Positions 21,587 through 31,420 of a stretch of 64,000 nucleotides of DNA are shown piece after piece. The notes below the pieces were generated by a model. It made no database searches. It was not told where the DNA came from and saw only the letters and a program-made list of their open reading frames with translations. The stretch comes from an uncultured Candidatus Rokubacteria bacterium (GTDB lineage: Bacteria; Methylomirabilota; Methylomirabilia; Rokubacteriales; DASRDR01): contig CAVPSB010000031.1 in NCBI GenBank assembly GCA_963708025.1, positions 333,882 to 397,881 of the forward strand, written 5' to 3'. The stretch's first letter is position 1; every line of letters starts with the position of its first letter. The position numbers and the translations under genes were made by a program.

Positions 21587-22294
21587 ATGCTGCGCATCGC
21601 CGACCTCCACGTCTACTACGGGGAGATCCATGCCCTGAAGGGCGCGTCGCTCGCCGTCAACACGGGGGAGATCGTCGCGCTCCTCGGCCCCAACGGGGCC
21701 GGGAAGACGACGACGCTGAAGACGATCTCGGGTCTCCTCACGCCCCGGACGGGGGCCATCACGCTGGAGGGGGAGAGCCTGGTCGGGGTCCCTTCCCACG
21801 AGGTCGTCCACCGGGGGATCGCCCACGTGCCGGAGGGGCGGAAGATCTTCAACCGGCTGACGGTGGCCGAGAACCTGGATCTGGGGGCCTACATCCGCTC
21901 CGACGGCGGGATCCGTCAGGATATGGAGAGGGTGTTCACCCTGTTCCCCCGCCTCAGCGAGCGCCGGAGCCAGGTGGCGGGGACGCTGTCGGGCGGCGAG
22001 CAGCAGATGCTCGCCATCGGGCGGGCCCTGATGGCCCGGCCGCGCCTGCTCCTGCTGGACGAGCCGTCGATGGGGCTGGCCCCGGTCCTGGTCGAGCAGA
22101 TCTTCGAGACCGTCCAGGACATCAACCGCCAGGGGACCCCCATCCTGCTGGTCGAGCAGAACGCCGCCATGGCGCTGACCATCGCCCACCGCGGCTACGT
22201 GCTGGAAACCGGCAGCATCGTCCTCGAAGGGCCGGCCCGGACCCTGGCCGGGGACGCGGAGATCCGCCGGGCCTACCTCGGGGAGGGCGCCTGA
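21587..22294 (+). CDS. livF: BCAA ABC transporter ATPase LivF
   Basis: GPNGAGKTT, VPEGR, LSGGEQQMLA, DEPSMGLAP, VEQNA. Confidence 0.95.
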   Translation: MLRIADLHVYYGEIHALKGASLAVNTGEIVALLGPNGAGKTTTLKTISGLLTPRTGAITLEGESLVGVPSHEVVHRGIAHVPEGRKIFNRLTVAENLDLGAYIRSDGGIRQDMERVFTLFPRLSERRSQVAGTLSGGEQQMLAIGRALMARPRLLLLDEPSMGLAPVLVEQIFETVQDINRQGTPILLVEQNAAMALTIAHRGYVLETGSIVLEGPARTLAGDAEIRRAYLGEGA

Positions 22295-22311
22295 CGGGGG
22301 GTGACGCGCCC

Positions 22312-22340
22312 TTGACACTGCCGGGGGTGCATAGTAGCGT
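22312..22340 (+). promoter_or_regulatory. Sigma70-type promoter, liv operon 2
   Basis: TTGACA 22312-22317, 17 nt, TAGCGT 22335-22340. Confidence 0.55.
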
Positions 22341-22503
22341 ACCGACCACCCCAATGTCCGGGAACGTGTCTCGGCTTCGGCTCTGTCACGGGCAACTTGC
22401 CAAAGAGGGCGTCGAACAGGGGATGATTCCGCCCCGAAGGGCTCGGATGCCCGGGTTGCTGTGAGCGTGTGTCCATCCTGATCTGACCCAGAAGGAGGAG
22501 ACC

Positions 22504-23772
22504 ATGCGAGGTTGGAAGTGGCTCGGGATCGCGTGTCTGGCCTTGCTGGTGGTCGCGCTGGCGTCGCCGGCGGACGCCCAGCAGTGCCCGAAGGGGAAGC
22601 TCCGCATCTACACCTCGTGGCCGATGCAGGGCGCGATGATCCCTGAAGGCACCGGGATGAAGAACGGCGTGGACCTGGCCGTGGCCGAGGCCGGCGGGGT
22701 GGTGGCCGGCTACTGCCTGGAGGTCGTCAACCTCGACGACGCCTCGCCGCAGACCGGCAAGTGGGACGGTGCGGTCGAGGCCGAGAACGCCAACAAGGCC
22801 GTCGGCGATCCGCTCGCCATCGTCTACATCGGCACCTACAACTCGGGCGCCGCCAAGGTGTCGGCCTCGATTACCAACCGGGCCCGCATGGCCCAGATCT
22901 CGCCGGCCAACACCTATCCGGGGCTCACCAAGAAGCGGGGGGCCGCGCCCGGCGAGCCCGAGATCTACCGACCGGGCGGCTTCGTGAACTACTTCCGCGT
23001 CGTGCCCGCGGACGACATCCAGGGCGCGGTGGGCGCGAAGTGGGCGAAGCAGCGGGGGGCCAAGAAGGTCTACATCCTGAACGACCAGGAGCTGTACGGG
23101 AAGGGGATCGCCGACGTCTTCGAGGCGACGGCCAAGAAGATCGGGCTCCAGGTGGCGGCGAACGAGGGCATCGACTGGAAGCAGCCCGACCAGAAGCCCG
23201 TCCTCACCAAGATCCGTGCCTCCGGCGCCGACCTGGTGTACCAGGGCGCCGTCATCGAGACGGGCGCCCAGCTGGTCATCCGCCAGATGAAGGACCTCGG
23301 CCTGGTCGCGGCCCGCGGCGTGCGGTACATGGGGCCGGACGGCCTGTACGAGGAGGAGCTGCTGAAGGCCGCCACCTGCGACGCGGTCATGGGGGTGGAC
23401 TTCCGGATGACCTTCGCCAGCCTTCCCTTCGAGAAGATGAAGGGGATCGGCGAGAAGACCTACACGGGCTACAAGCAGAAGTACGGCAAGGAGCCGACGG
23501 CGTACGCGCTCTACTCCGTCGAGGCCGGCCGCGTGGCCATCGACGGCATCCGGCGCGCCGCGGCCCAGCTCGACAAGGCCAAGGACATCACCGAGAAGCG
23601 CGAGGCCGTCCGCCAGGCGATCGCGAACACGAAGAACATGGACGGCCTCAACGGCAAGTTCAGCCTCGACGAGAACGGCGACACCACGGTGGAAACCATG
23701 TCCGGCTTCAAGGTGGTCAAGGCCGACGGCCCGATCGGCTGCAAGTTCGAGTTCGAGTCCATCCTCGAGTAG
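22504..23772 (+). CDS. livK: Second liv-family ABC substrate-binding protein
   Basis: GGAGGAG RBS, signal peptide, GTYNSGAA, QISPANT, ADDIQG, FSLDENGDT. Confidence 0.9.
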   Translation: MRGWKWLGIACLALLVVALASPADAQQCPKGKLRIYTSWPMQGAMIPEGTGMKNGVDLAVAEAGGVVAGYCLEVVNLDDASPQTGKWDGAVEAENANKAVGDPLAIVYIGTYNSGAAKVSASITNRARMAQISPANTYPGLTKKRGAAPGEPEIYRPGGFVNYFRVVPADDIQGAVGAKWAKQRGAKKVYILNDQELYGKGIADVFEATAKKIGLQVAANEGIDWKQPDQKPVLTKIRASGADLVYQGAVIETGAQLVIRQMKDLGLVAARGVRYMGPDGLYEEELLKAATCDAVMGVDFRMTFASLPFEKMKGIGEKTYTGYKQKYGKEPTAYALYSVEAGRVAIDGIRRAAAQLDKAKDITEKREAVRQAIANTKNMDGLNGKFSLDENGDTTVETMSGFKVVKADGPIGCKFEFESILE

Positions 23773-23831
23773 GCACAACCCCGGGGGAGGGCCGGAACCC
23801 CGGCCCTCCCCCGCATCCCTCCCGCCCTCCC

Positions 23832-24770
23832 ATGGAGTGGTACGAAGTCCTCGTCCAGCAGACCATCAACGGTCTGACGCGCGGTTCCGTGTTTGCTCTC
23901 GTCGCCCTCGGCTACACGATGGTCTACGGGATCATCGAGCTGATCAACTTCGCCCACGGCGACGTGTTCATGCTGGGCCTGTTCATCTCGTTGAGCTACT
24001 TCGCCCTCATCGGGATGGCCAAAACCCTGTCCGGGTGGCAGCTCGTGACGATTCTGCCCTTGATCTTCCTGGCCACCATGGTCACCACCGGGCTGATCAA
24101 CGTCACCATCGACCGCCTGGCCTACCGCCCCCTCCGCCGCTCGACCCGCCTGGCGCCGCTGATCACGGCCATCGGCGTGTCCTTCATGCTGGAGAACATC
24201 GCCCTCCTGTGGGTCGGCCCGGCGCCGGTCTCGTACCCCGAGATCTTCCCCTCCGTGGACATCCTGTACGAGTGGCTCGGCTGGAACTCGAAGATCTTCA
24301 TCACGAGCAAGGATCTCCTGGTGATCGTGGTCACGATTCCGCTCATGGTGGCGCTCCAGCGCTTCATCACCCGGACGACCTGGGGCAAGGCCATGCGCGC
24401 CACCGCGCAGGATCGGGAGACCGCCCAGGCGATGGGCATCAACGTCGAGCGGATGATCATCCTGACCTTCTTCATCGGCGGGGCGCTGGCGGGGGCGGCT
24501 GGACTGATCCAGGGGATGTACTACAACATGGGCCAGTGGTGGGTCGGCTACCAGGCCGGCCTCCGCGCCTTCACGGCGGCGGTCCTGGGCGGGATCGGGA
24601 ACATGCCCGGGGCGGCGCTCGGCGGCCTGCTGATCGGCTTCCTGTCGGCGTGGAGCGACCAGTACATCTCCGCCCGGTGGACGAACGCGGTCGTCTTCTC
24701 GATCCTCATCCTCGTCCTGGTCTTCCGGCCGCACGGCCTGCTAGGCGAGCGGACCCCCGAGAAGCTGTGA
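23832..24770 (+). CDS. livH: Second LivH permease
   Basis: ALVALGYTMVYGIIELINFAHG, RAFTAAVLGGIG. Confidence 0.93.
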   Translation: MEWYEVLVQQTINGLTRGSVFALVALGYTMVYGIIELINFAHGDVFMLGLFISLSYFALIGMAKTLSGWQLVTILPLIFLATMVTTGLINVTIDRLAYRPLRRSTRLAPLITAIGVSFMLENIALLWVGPAPVSYPEIFPSVDILYEWLGWNSKIFITSKDLLVIVVTIPLMVALQRFITRTTWGKAMRATAQDRETAQAMGINVERMIILTFFIGGALAGAAGLIQGMYYNMGQWWVGYQAGLRAFTAAVLGGIGNMPGAALGGLLIGFLSAWSDQYISARWTNAVVFSILILVLVFRPHGLLGERTPEKL

Positions 24771-24798
24771 GCGCCGACACCCCGGACGGGTGCCCAGC

Positions 24799-26782
24799 AT
24801 GAGGGACCAGGGGCGACCGTACCTGGCGGCGGGCCTGCTGATCGCCGCCCTCGTCGCTCTATCCGTTCGTCGACCACGCCCTCCGCACCCAGACGATTCA
24901 CGCGGTGTCGGACGGGATGATCTACGTCTTGCTGGCCCTCGGCCTGAACATCGTCGTCGGCTACGCGGGGCTGCTCGACCTCGGGTACGCGGCGTTCTTC
25001 GCGATCGGCGCCTACGCCATGGGGCTCCTGAACTCCCCGCTGCTCGGCTCGCCGTTTTACGGGCACGTCTGGAGCTTCTGGGCCCTCATCTGGGTCTCGG
25101 CCGGCGTCTCGGCCCTCCTCGGCCTGGTGATCGGCGCCCCCACGCTCCGGGTGCGCGGTGACTACCTGGCGATCATCACCCTGGCGTTCGGGGAGATCAT
25201 CCCGGTGGCGATCCGGAACATGGGGGACGTCACCATCGAGATCGGCGGCTGGCGGCCGATCGAGAAGCTCAACCTGACCGGCGGCGAGAACGGCGTGAAC
25301 CCCGTCGGCCGGCCCTATCTCCCCGGCGTCCACTTCGAGTCCGATCCCATTCCCTGGTACTTCCTCATCCTGATCATCGGCGCGGCGTCCCTGTGGGCGA
25401 TGAACCGGCTGCGGGATTCGCGGCTCGGCCGGGCCTGGATGGCGATCCGGGAGGACGAGACCGCGGCCGACTGCATGGGCGTGAACCCGATCAAGACCAA
25501 GCTGCTGGCCTTCGCCCTCGGCGCCTCGTTCTCGGGATTCGCCGGATCGTTCTACGCCGCCAAGCTCCAGGCGATCACCCCGGGCGCCTTCGAGTTCAAC
25601 GTGTCGATCATGCTCCTGTGCATGGTCGTGCTCGGCGGCATGGGGAGTCTCAAGGGCGTCATCCTCGGCGGGATGCTGATCACGCTCTTCGACCGGATCC
25701 TGCTGGCGGAGATGACCTCCCTGGTCCGCTGGGTCGGGCGCTCGATCGGCTTCACGGCCCTCGCGACGGTGGACCTGACGCTCTGGCGCTGGTTCTTCTT
25801 CGGCCTGGGGCTCGTGCTCGTGATGCTCTACAAGCCCGAGGGACTCGTGGGCCGGCGAGCCCGCCCGCCGAAGGTGGACGTTGACGAGCAGGAGGAGGCG
25901 ATCGCCCTCGCCGCCGCCCCCCCATCGGCCCGGGCGGAGGAGATTCCTCCCTGGCTCCGCGACCGCGCCGCTGGCGCGACGTCGGACGGGCGGAGCCCGA
26001 TCTTCCAGGCTCGCGCGGTGTCCCGGAGCTTCGGCGGCCTGGTGGCCGTGAACCAGGTGGACCTGATCATCCCCGCGGGCGCGATCGTCGGCCTGATCGG
26101 CCCCAACGGCGCCGGCAAGACGACGTTCTTCAACCTGGTGACGGGCTTGCTCGCGCCGGACACGGGGGAGATCGTCTTCGACGGGAAGAGCATCGTCGGC
26201 CTCCGCCCGAACGCCATCGTCGCCCGAGGCATCGCCCGGACGTTCCAGTCGATCCGCCTCTTCCAGAACATGTCGGTGCTCGACAACATCCTGGTCGGCG
26301 AGCACTGTCGCCTCGACGCCTCGGTGGCGGGGGCGGTGTTCCGGCCACGGGCGGTGGTCGAGGAGGAGGCGCGGGCCCGGGCCCGGGCCCGCGAGCTCCT
26401 GGCCTTCGTCAGCCTCGGCGGCAAGGAGGACGAGCTGGCCAAGAACCTCGCCTACGGCGACCAGCGCCGGCTCGAGATCGCGCGGGCCCTGGCCACCGAG
26501 CCGAAGCTGCTCCTGCTCGACGAGCCGACGGCGGGGATGAACCCGCGGGAGACCGAGACCCTGACCGAGTTCATCGGCCTCCTCCGCCGCGAGCTGGGGC
26601 TGTCGGTGCTGCTGATCGAGCACCACATGGAAGTGGTCATGGGCATCTCCGAGCGGATCACCGTCCTCGACTACGGGACGCGGATCGCGGAGGGGACGCC
26701 GGCCGAGGTGCAGAAGGACCCGAAGGTGATCGAGGCCTATCTGGGCAAGGGCTACGAGGCCGAAGTGGTCCCGACCCGATGA
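24799..26782 (+). CDS. LivM-LivG fusion (permease plus ATPase); frameshift near 24858
   Basis: MRDQGRPYLAAGLLIAALVA continues in another frame as YPFVDHALRTQTIHAVSDGMIYVLLALGLNIVVG; LivM motifs, a linker, then GPNGAGKTT and DEPTAG in one frame. Confidence 0.88.
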
Positions 26783-26785
26783 GCA

Positions 26786-26930
26786 GGGACCGGGCCGATA
26801 CCCTTCGCATCCCGTCGTCCTTTGGACGGCCTTCGGCCTTGGGGTCGTCGCCGATCCTCGGCGTACTCGGAGTACGCCTGCGGTCGGCGACTCCCTGCGT
26901 CCTAGGGCTGCTCGGGTCTCGGCCCGGTCC
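26786..26930 (+). repeat. Intergenic long-hairpin repeat family B, copy 1 (carries micro-module M)
   Basis: Terminal IR GGGACCGGGCCGA/TCGGCCCGGTCCC; central GGCGTACTCGGAGTACGCC; related copies at 31108, 39434, 56963. Confidence 0.9.
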
Positions 26931-26971
26931 CAAGCCGGCTCTCCTGTCTTGGCCGATCCGAGGATGGGCCA

Positions 26972-27697
26972 GTGAGTGCGGGGCCGGCGATGCTCGAGGT
27001 CCAGGACGTCCACACCTACTACGGCAACATCCGGGCGCTGAAGGGCGTCTCGCTCAGCGTCAATCGCGGCGAGATCGTGACCCTGATCGGCTCCAACGGG
27101 GCCGGCAAGACGACGACCCTCAAGACGGTCATCGGCACCGTGCGCCCGCAGCGCGGCCAGGTCACCTTCAACGGCCAGCGGATCGACGGCGTGTCCACCG
27201 ACCGGATCGTCCGGCTCGGGATCGCCCAGTCGCCCGAGGGGCGGCGGATCTTTCCCCGGATGACCGTGATGGAAAACCTGGAGCTGGGCGCCTTCGCCCG
27301 CCCGGACCGGGAGCAGATCCCCCAGGACCTGGAGCGGGTGCTCACGCTGTTCCCGCGGCTCCGCGAGCGGCTCACCCAGAAGGGCGGCACCCTCTCGGGC
27401 GGGGAGCAGCAGATGCTGGCGATGGGGCGGGCGCTCATGGCCCGGCCCATCGTGCTCCTGCTCGACGAGCCGTCGATGGGGCTGTCCCCGATCCTGGTCG
27501 AGACGATCTTCCAGATCATCCAGGACATCAACCGCCAGGGCACGACCATCCTGCTGGTCGAGCAGAACGCGCGGATGGCCCTCCGGGTGGCGAATCGGGG
27601 CTACGTGATCCAGACCGGCCGGATCGCGCTCCACGACACCGGCGCCAACCTGCTGAAGTCCGACCTGGTCCGGAAGACCTACCTCGGCGAGAAGTAG
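26972..27697 (+). CDS. livF: Second LivF ATPase
   Basis: GSNGAGKTT, SPEGR, LSGGEQQMLA, DEPSMGL. Confidence 0.95.
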   Translation: MSAGPAMLEVQDVHTYYGNIRALKGVSLSVNRGEIVTLIGSNGAGKTTTLKTVIGTVRPQRGQVTFNGQRIDGVSTDRIVRLGIAQSPEGRRIFPRMTVMENLELGAFARPDREQIPQDLERVLTLFPRLRERLTQKGGTLSGGEQQMLAMGRALMARPIVLLLDEPSMGLSPILVETIFQIIQDINRQGTTILLVEQNARMALRVANRGYVIQTGRIALHDTGANLLKSDLVRKTYLGEK

Positions 27698-27704
27698 CGC
27701 GGCC

Positions 27705-28160
27705 ATGACGGCAGGCCCGGTCCACTTCGAGGGATTCCGGGTCGGGGACCACTACCAGACCCTGGGCCGGACCGTGTCGGAGTACGAAATCCTGAGCTTC
27801 GTGACGCTGACCGGCTTCACCGAGCCTTTGTTCATGGACCTCGAGTACATCCAGCGGGAGAGCGTGTTCAAGACCCGCGTGGCCCCCGGGGTGCTCACCT
27901 TCGCCCTCGCCGAGGGCCTGACCCTCCAGACCGGGATCCTCCACGGCACCGGTCTCGCGCTCCTGAGCTACGACGTGCGCGTCCTGGGGCCGGTCCTGGC
28001 CGGGGACACCGTCCGCGTCGAGATCGAGGTGCTGGACACGCGCGAGACCCGGAAGCCGGACCGCGGCGTGGTGACGTTCCGGCACCGGGTGGTGAACCAG
28101 CGGGGCGAGGCGGTGATGGAGGCGACGATCGCCCGGATGGTGAAGCGGGCCGCGGCCTGA
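27705..28160 (+). CDS. MaoC-family hot-dog dehydratase
   Basis: FEGFRVGD...GRTVSE, PVLAGDTV, RGVVTF...NQRGE. Confidence 0.85.
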   Translation: MTAGPVHFEGFRVGDHYQTLGRTVSEYEILSFVTLTGFTEPLFMDLEYIQRESVFKTRVAPGVLTFALAEGLTLQTGILHGTGLALLSYDVRVLGPVLAGDTVRVEIEVLDTRETRKPDRGVVTFRHRVVNQRGEAVMEATIARMVKRAAA

Positions 28161-28299
28161 CCTCGGAAGGGCGGGGCCGGCCCTCCTCCGCCCGCCCCTC
28201 GGAAAAGTGGTTCTCACGGTGGAGCCCTCAGAGCCTGTGAAAAAGCGCCGACAGGTCTCGATTCGCCACGCGTGGGCTTCTCGTACCGCATCCATACCT

Positions 28300-28411
28300 G
28301 GCCGCGCGGCCGTGGTGTTCCACCTCGAGCCGCGGCCCAAAGGCCGAAGGCCGTCCAATAGTCGCGGCCTCCGAGGGGGGGTTTCGGGGGGATCTTCCGA
28401 GACCCCCCCGA
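28300..28411 (+). repeat. Repeat family A, copy 4 (micro-module M in a hairpin loop)
   Basis: GGCCGCGCGGCCGTGGTGTTCCACCTCGAGCCGCGGC-[M]-GTCGCGGCCTCCGAGG...TCTTCCGAGACCCCCCCGA. Confidence 0.9.
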
Positions 28412-28415
28412 GCGT

Positions 28416-29603
28416 ATGAGCGTGCCGCGGAGCGCCGATGTCGTCATCATCGGCGGCGGGGTGACGGGCTGCTCGATCGCCTTCCACCTCGCCGAGCGCG
28501 GGCTCCGGAGCGTGGTGGTCCTCGAGCGCCGGTTCCTGGCCTCCGGCGGGACCGGGAGGTCGGTCGGGGTCATGCGCCAGCTCTACCCGACCGCGGAGAC
28601 CTCCCGCATGGTCCTCCACTCCCTGCGGGTCTTCCAGAACTTCCGGGAGCTGACGGGCGGCGATGCGGGTTACGTCCAGTGCGGCGCGATCATCGCGGTG
28701 GCGCCCTCCCAGGGCGCGGCCCTGGCCCGGACGCTCGACGCCCAGCGCGAGATCGGCATCCAGGCGCGCCTTCTCTCGCCGGACGACCTGCGGGAGCTGG
28801 AGCCGCGGATCGATCCGTTCGCGGTCGGGGCCGCGGTCTACGAGCCGGAGTCCGGCTACGGCGATCCGACCGGGGTCACGACCGGCTTCGCCCAGGGCGC
28901 CCGCCGGCGGGGCGTGGTGATCGAGCAGATGTGCGAGGTCGTCGCCCTGCGACGGGAGGGAGACCGGGTCACCGGCGTGCGGACGGCGGCCGGCGAGGAG
29001 ATCGCCACCCCGGTGGTGGTGAACGCCGCCGGCCTCTGGTGCCGGGAGATCGCCGCGATGGCCGGCGTGGCCCTCCCCGTCATCGTCGGCCGCCACCCGG
29101 TGTTCATCGTGGAGCGGACCCCGGGCTTCGGCCGGCCCCACCCGGTGTACCTCGACCTGGCCAGCGGGACCTTTCTCCGTCCCGAGACGGGCGGGCTCAC
29201 GCTGACCGGGTTCCTCGACGCCGACGAGCCGAGCCACCCGATGGACCCCGAGACGCTGGGCGCCGACGTCCCGTTCGACGAGGTGGCGCGCATCATGGAG
29301 CGGGCCAGCCGCTGTGTCCCCACCCTGGGCGACGCGCGGTACCAGCGGGGGTACGCCGGGGCCTTCGACATCACCCCCGACTGGATGCCGATCCTCGACC
29401 AGACGCCCGTCCGCGGGCTCTACGTCGCGGCCGGCATGTCGGGGCACGGCTTCAAGCTCTCGCCGGCGATCGGCCGGCTGATGGCCGATCTGATCACCGA
29501 GGGCACGTCCGGGCTGACGGATCTGGGCGCGTTCCGGCTGGACCGGTTCGCGGGCCGGGCGCACGACGACGGGGGCGCGTTCTCGCACTCCTATCTGCGG
29601 TAG
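28416..29603 (+). CDS. FAD-dependent oxidoreductase, DAO/sarcosine oxidase beta-like
   Basis: IIGGGVTG, SGGTGRSVG, VNAAGLW, DITPDWMPIL, GMSGHGFKLSPAIG. Confidence 0.9.
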   Translation: MSVPRSADVVIIGGGVTGCSIAFHLAERGLRSVVVLERRFLASGGTGRSVGVMRQLYPTAETSRMVLHSLRVFQNFRELTGGDAGYVQCGAIIAVAPSQGAALARTLDAQREIGIQARLLSPDDLRELEPRIDPFAVGAAVYEPESGYGDPTGVTTGFAQGARRRGVVIEQMCEVVALRREGDRVTGVRTAAGEEIATPVVVNAAGLWCREIAAMAGVALPVIVGRHPVFIVERTPGFGRPHPVYLDLASGTFLRPETGGLTLTGFLDADEPSHPMDPETLGADVPFDEVARIMERASRCVPTLGDARYQRGYAGAFDITPDWMPILDQTPVRGLYVAAGMSGHGFKLSPAIGRLMADLITEGTSGLTDLGAFRLDRFAGRAHDDGGAFSHSYLR

Positions 29604-29621
29604 ACCGGCAGGAGGCACGCC

Positions 29622-31106
29622 ATGGCCACGACCTATCAGAACCACATCGGGGGCGAGTGGGTCCCGGCCGCGTCCGGCCGGACGTTCGAGGATCTGAATC
29701 CGGCGAACCGCGACGAGGTACTCGGCGTCTTTCCGCGATCGGACGCCGCCGACGTGGATCGCGCGGTCGCCGCCGCCCGGGAGACCTTCCGGACCTGGCG
29801 GCTCGTCCCGGCGCCGCGGCGGGCCGAGATCGTCTTCCGGGCCGGGGAGCTCCTCGTCCGGCGGAAGGAGGAGCTGGCCCGGCTGATGACCCGGGAGATG
29901 GGCAAGGTGCTGACCGAAGCTCGTGGGGACGTCCAGGAAGGCATCGACACCGCCTACTACATGGCGGGCGAGGGCCGGCGGCTCTTCGGGCACCAGGCCC
30001 CGTGCGAGCTGCCCTCGAAGTTCGGCGTGGCGATCCGGGTGCCGGTCGGCGTCGTCGCCGCCATCACGCCCTGGAACTTCCCGCTGGCGATCCCGACCTG
30101 GAAGCTCTTCCCCGCGCTCGTCTGCGGCAACACGCTCGTCTTCAAGCCGGCCGAGGACACGCCGCTCATGGCCCACACGTTCCTCGAGATCCTGCTGGAG
30201 GCCGGGCTCCCGAAGGGCGTGGTCAACCTGGTCCACGGCCTGGGCGAGGAGGCGGGGGCGGCGCTCGTCCGGCACCCGGACGTCAACCTGATCTCGTTCA
30301 CCGGCTCGACCGACGTGGGTCGCGAGGTCGCCCGGGCGGCGGCCGAGACCTACAAGAAGGTGTCCCTGGAGATGGGCGGGAAGAACGCCATCATCGTCAT
30401 GGACGATGCGCCGCTCGACCTGGCCGTGGACGGGGCGGTGTGGGGCGGCTTCGGCACCTCCGGCCAGCGCTGCACGGCGGCCAGCCGGGTCATCGTCCAC
30501 GAAAGGGTCCACAAGCCGTTCACGCAGGCGTTCCTCGAGCGGGCCCGGACCCTCCGGCTCGGCTCCGGGCTCGACGAGAAGACGGACGTCGGCCCGGTCA
30601 TCAACGAGGGTCAGCTCCGGCGGATCCACGAGTACACCGGCGTCGGGCGCGGGGAGGGGGCCCGGGTCCTGGTCGGCGGCGAGATCGCGACCGAGGGCGA
30701 GCTGCGGAAGGGCTTCTTCTACAAGCCCACGATCTTCGACGATGTCGAACCCGCGATGCGGGTCGCCCGGGAGGAGATCTTCGGGCCGAGCGTCGTCGTG
30801 CTCCGGGCGAAGAGCCTGGAGGAGGCCATCGAGATCTGCAACAACACGAACTACGGCCTCTCCTCGGCGATCTACACGCAGGACATCAACCGGGCCTTCC
30901 GGGCCATCCAGGACATCGCCACCGGGATCACCTACGTCAACTCCTCGACCATCGGGGCGGAGATCCAGTTCCCGTTCGGAGGCGTCCGGCAGACGGGGAA
31001 CGGCCACCGGGAGGGCGGCTGGACGGCGCTGGACATCATGACCGAGTGGAAGACGATCTACATCGACTATTCGGGCAAGCTACAACGCGCCCAGATCGAC
31101 GTCTAG
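29622..31106 (+). CDS. NAD(P)-dependent aldehyde dehydrogenase
   Basis: [38 protein letters not shown]. Confidence 0.95.
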   Translation: MATTYQNHIGGEWVPAASGRTFEDLNPANRDEVLGVFPRSDAADVDRAVAAARETFRTWRLVPAPRRAEIVFRAGELLVRRKEELARLMTREMGKVLTEARGDVQEGIDTAYYMAGEGRRLFGHQAPCELPSKFGVAIRVPVGVVAAITPWNFPLAIPTWKLFPALVCGNTLVFKPAEDTPLMAHTFLEILLEAGLPKGVVNLVHGLGEEAGAALVRHPDVNLISFTGSTDVGREVARAAAETYKKVSLEMGGKNAIIVMDDAPLDLAVDGAVWGGFGTSGQRCTAASRVIVHERVHKPFTQAFLERARTLRLGSGLDEKTDVGPVINEGQLRRIHEYTGVGRGEGARVLVGGEIATEGELRKGFFYKPTIFDDVEPAMRVAREEIFGPSVVVLRAKSLEEAIEICNNTNYGLSSAIYTQDINRAFRAIQDIATGITYVNSSTIGAEIQFPFGGVRQTGNGHREGGWTALDIMTEWKTIYIDYSGKLQRAQIDV

Positions 31107-31107
31107 C

Positions 31108-31293
31108 GGGCGGGGCCGATGAGCGTCGCATCGCGTCGTCCTCGGTTCGCCGCCGATCCTCGGCGTACTCGGAGTACGCCTCCGGTCGGCGGCTCCCTGC
31201 GTCCTAGCGCTGCTCGCTCCTCGACCCCGCCCGGGACGACTTGACGTATCCTGCGGATACTCCCGCTTAGGGCTGCTCGGTTCTCGGCCCGGC
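31108..31293 (+). repeat. Repeat family B, copy 2 (31108-31232, no module M) followed by a partial degenerate copy
   Basis: GGGCGGGGCCGA...TCGACCCCGCCC; then CGTATCCTGCGGATAC...TAGGGCTGCTCGGTTCTCGGCCCGG, which resembles the right arm of copy 1. Confidence 0.88.
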
Positions 31294-31332
31294 TATGGGT
31301 GCGGCAGTCAAGCACGGAGTTGCGGCGCGCGG

Positions 31333-31361
31333 TTGAAAATCGGGTGGGTGGGCGCGATAAT
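31333..31361 (+). promoter_or_regulatory. Sigma70-type promoter of the gcv operon
   Basis: TTGAAA 31333-31338, 17 nt, GATAAT 31356-31361. Confidence 0.65.
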
Positions 31362-31420
31362 AGCGCTCGTTGAGCGCGCCTGCCCGCGCGCCCGAAGGTG
31401 AACATCAAGGAGCGCGCGAG

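Noticed and set aside
22354-22464. Leader peptide for liv operon 2 (MSGNVSRLRL...PGLL)
   Set aside because: No run of Leu/Ile/Val control codons and no downstream terminator
28228-28245. CAGAGCCTGTGAAAAA as an IS terminal inverted repeat
   Set aside because: No partner repeat or transposase found nearby
24548-31007. Very long - strand ORFs (1052 aa, 1159 aa; also 34040-36823, 47492-50443, 50980-54039)
   Set aside because: Antisense shadows of well-supported + strand genes in high-GC DNA, with no recognisable domains
31362-31420. Glycine riboswitch upstream of gcvT (CCGAAGG resembles part of the aptamer)
   Set aside because: Only ~50 nt between the predicted promoter and ATG, and the GGAGA and CUCUCAGG elements are missing
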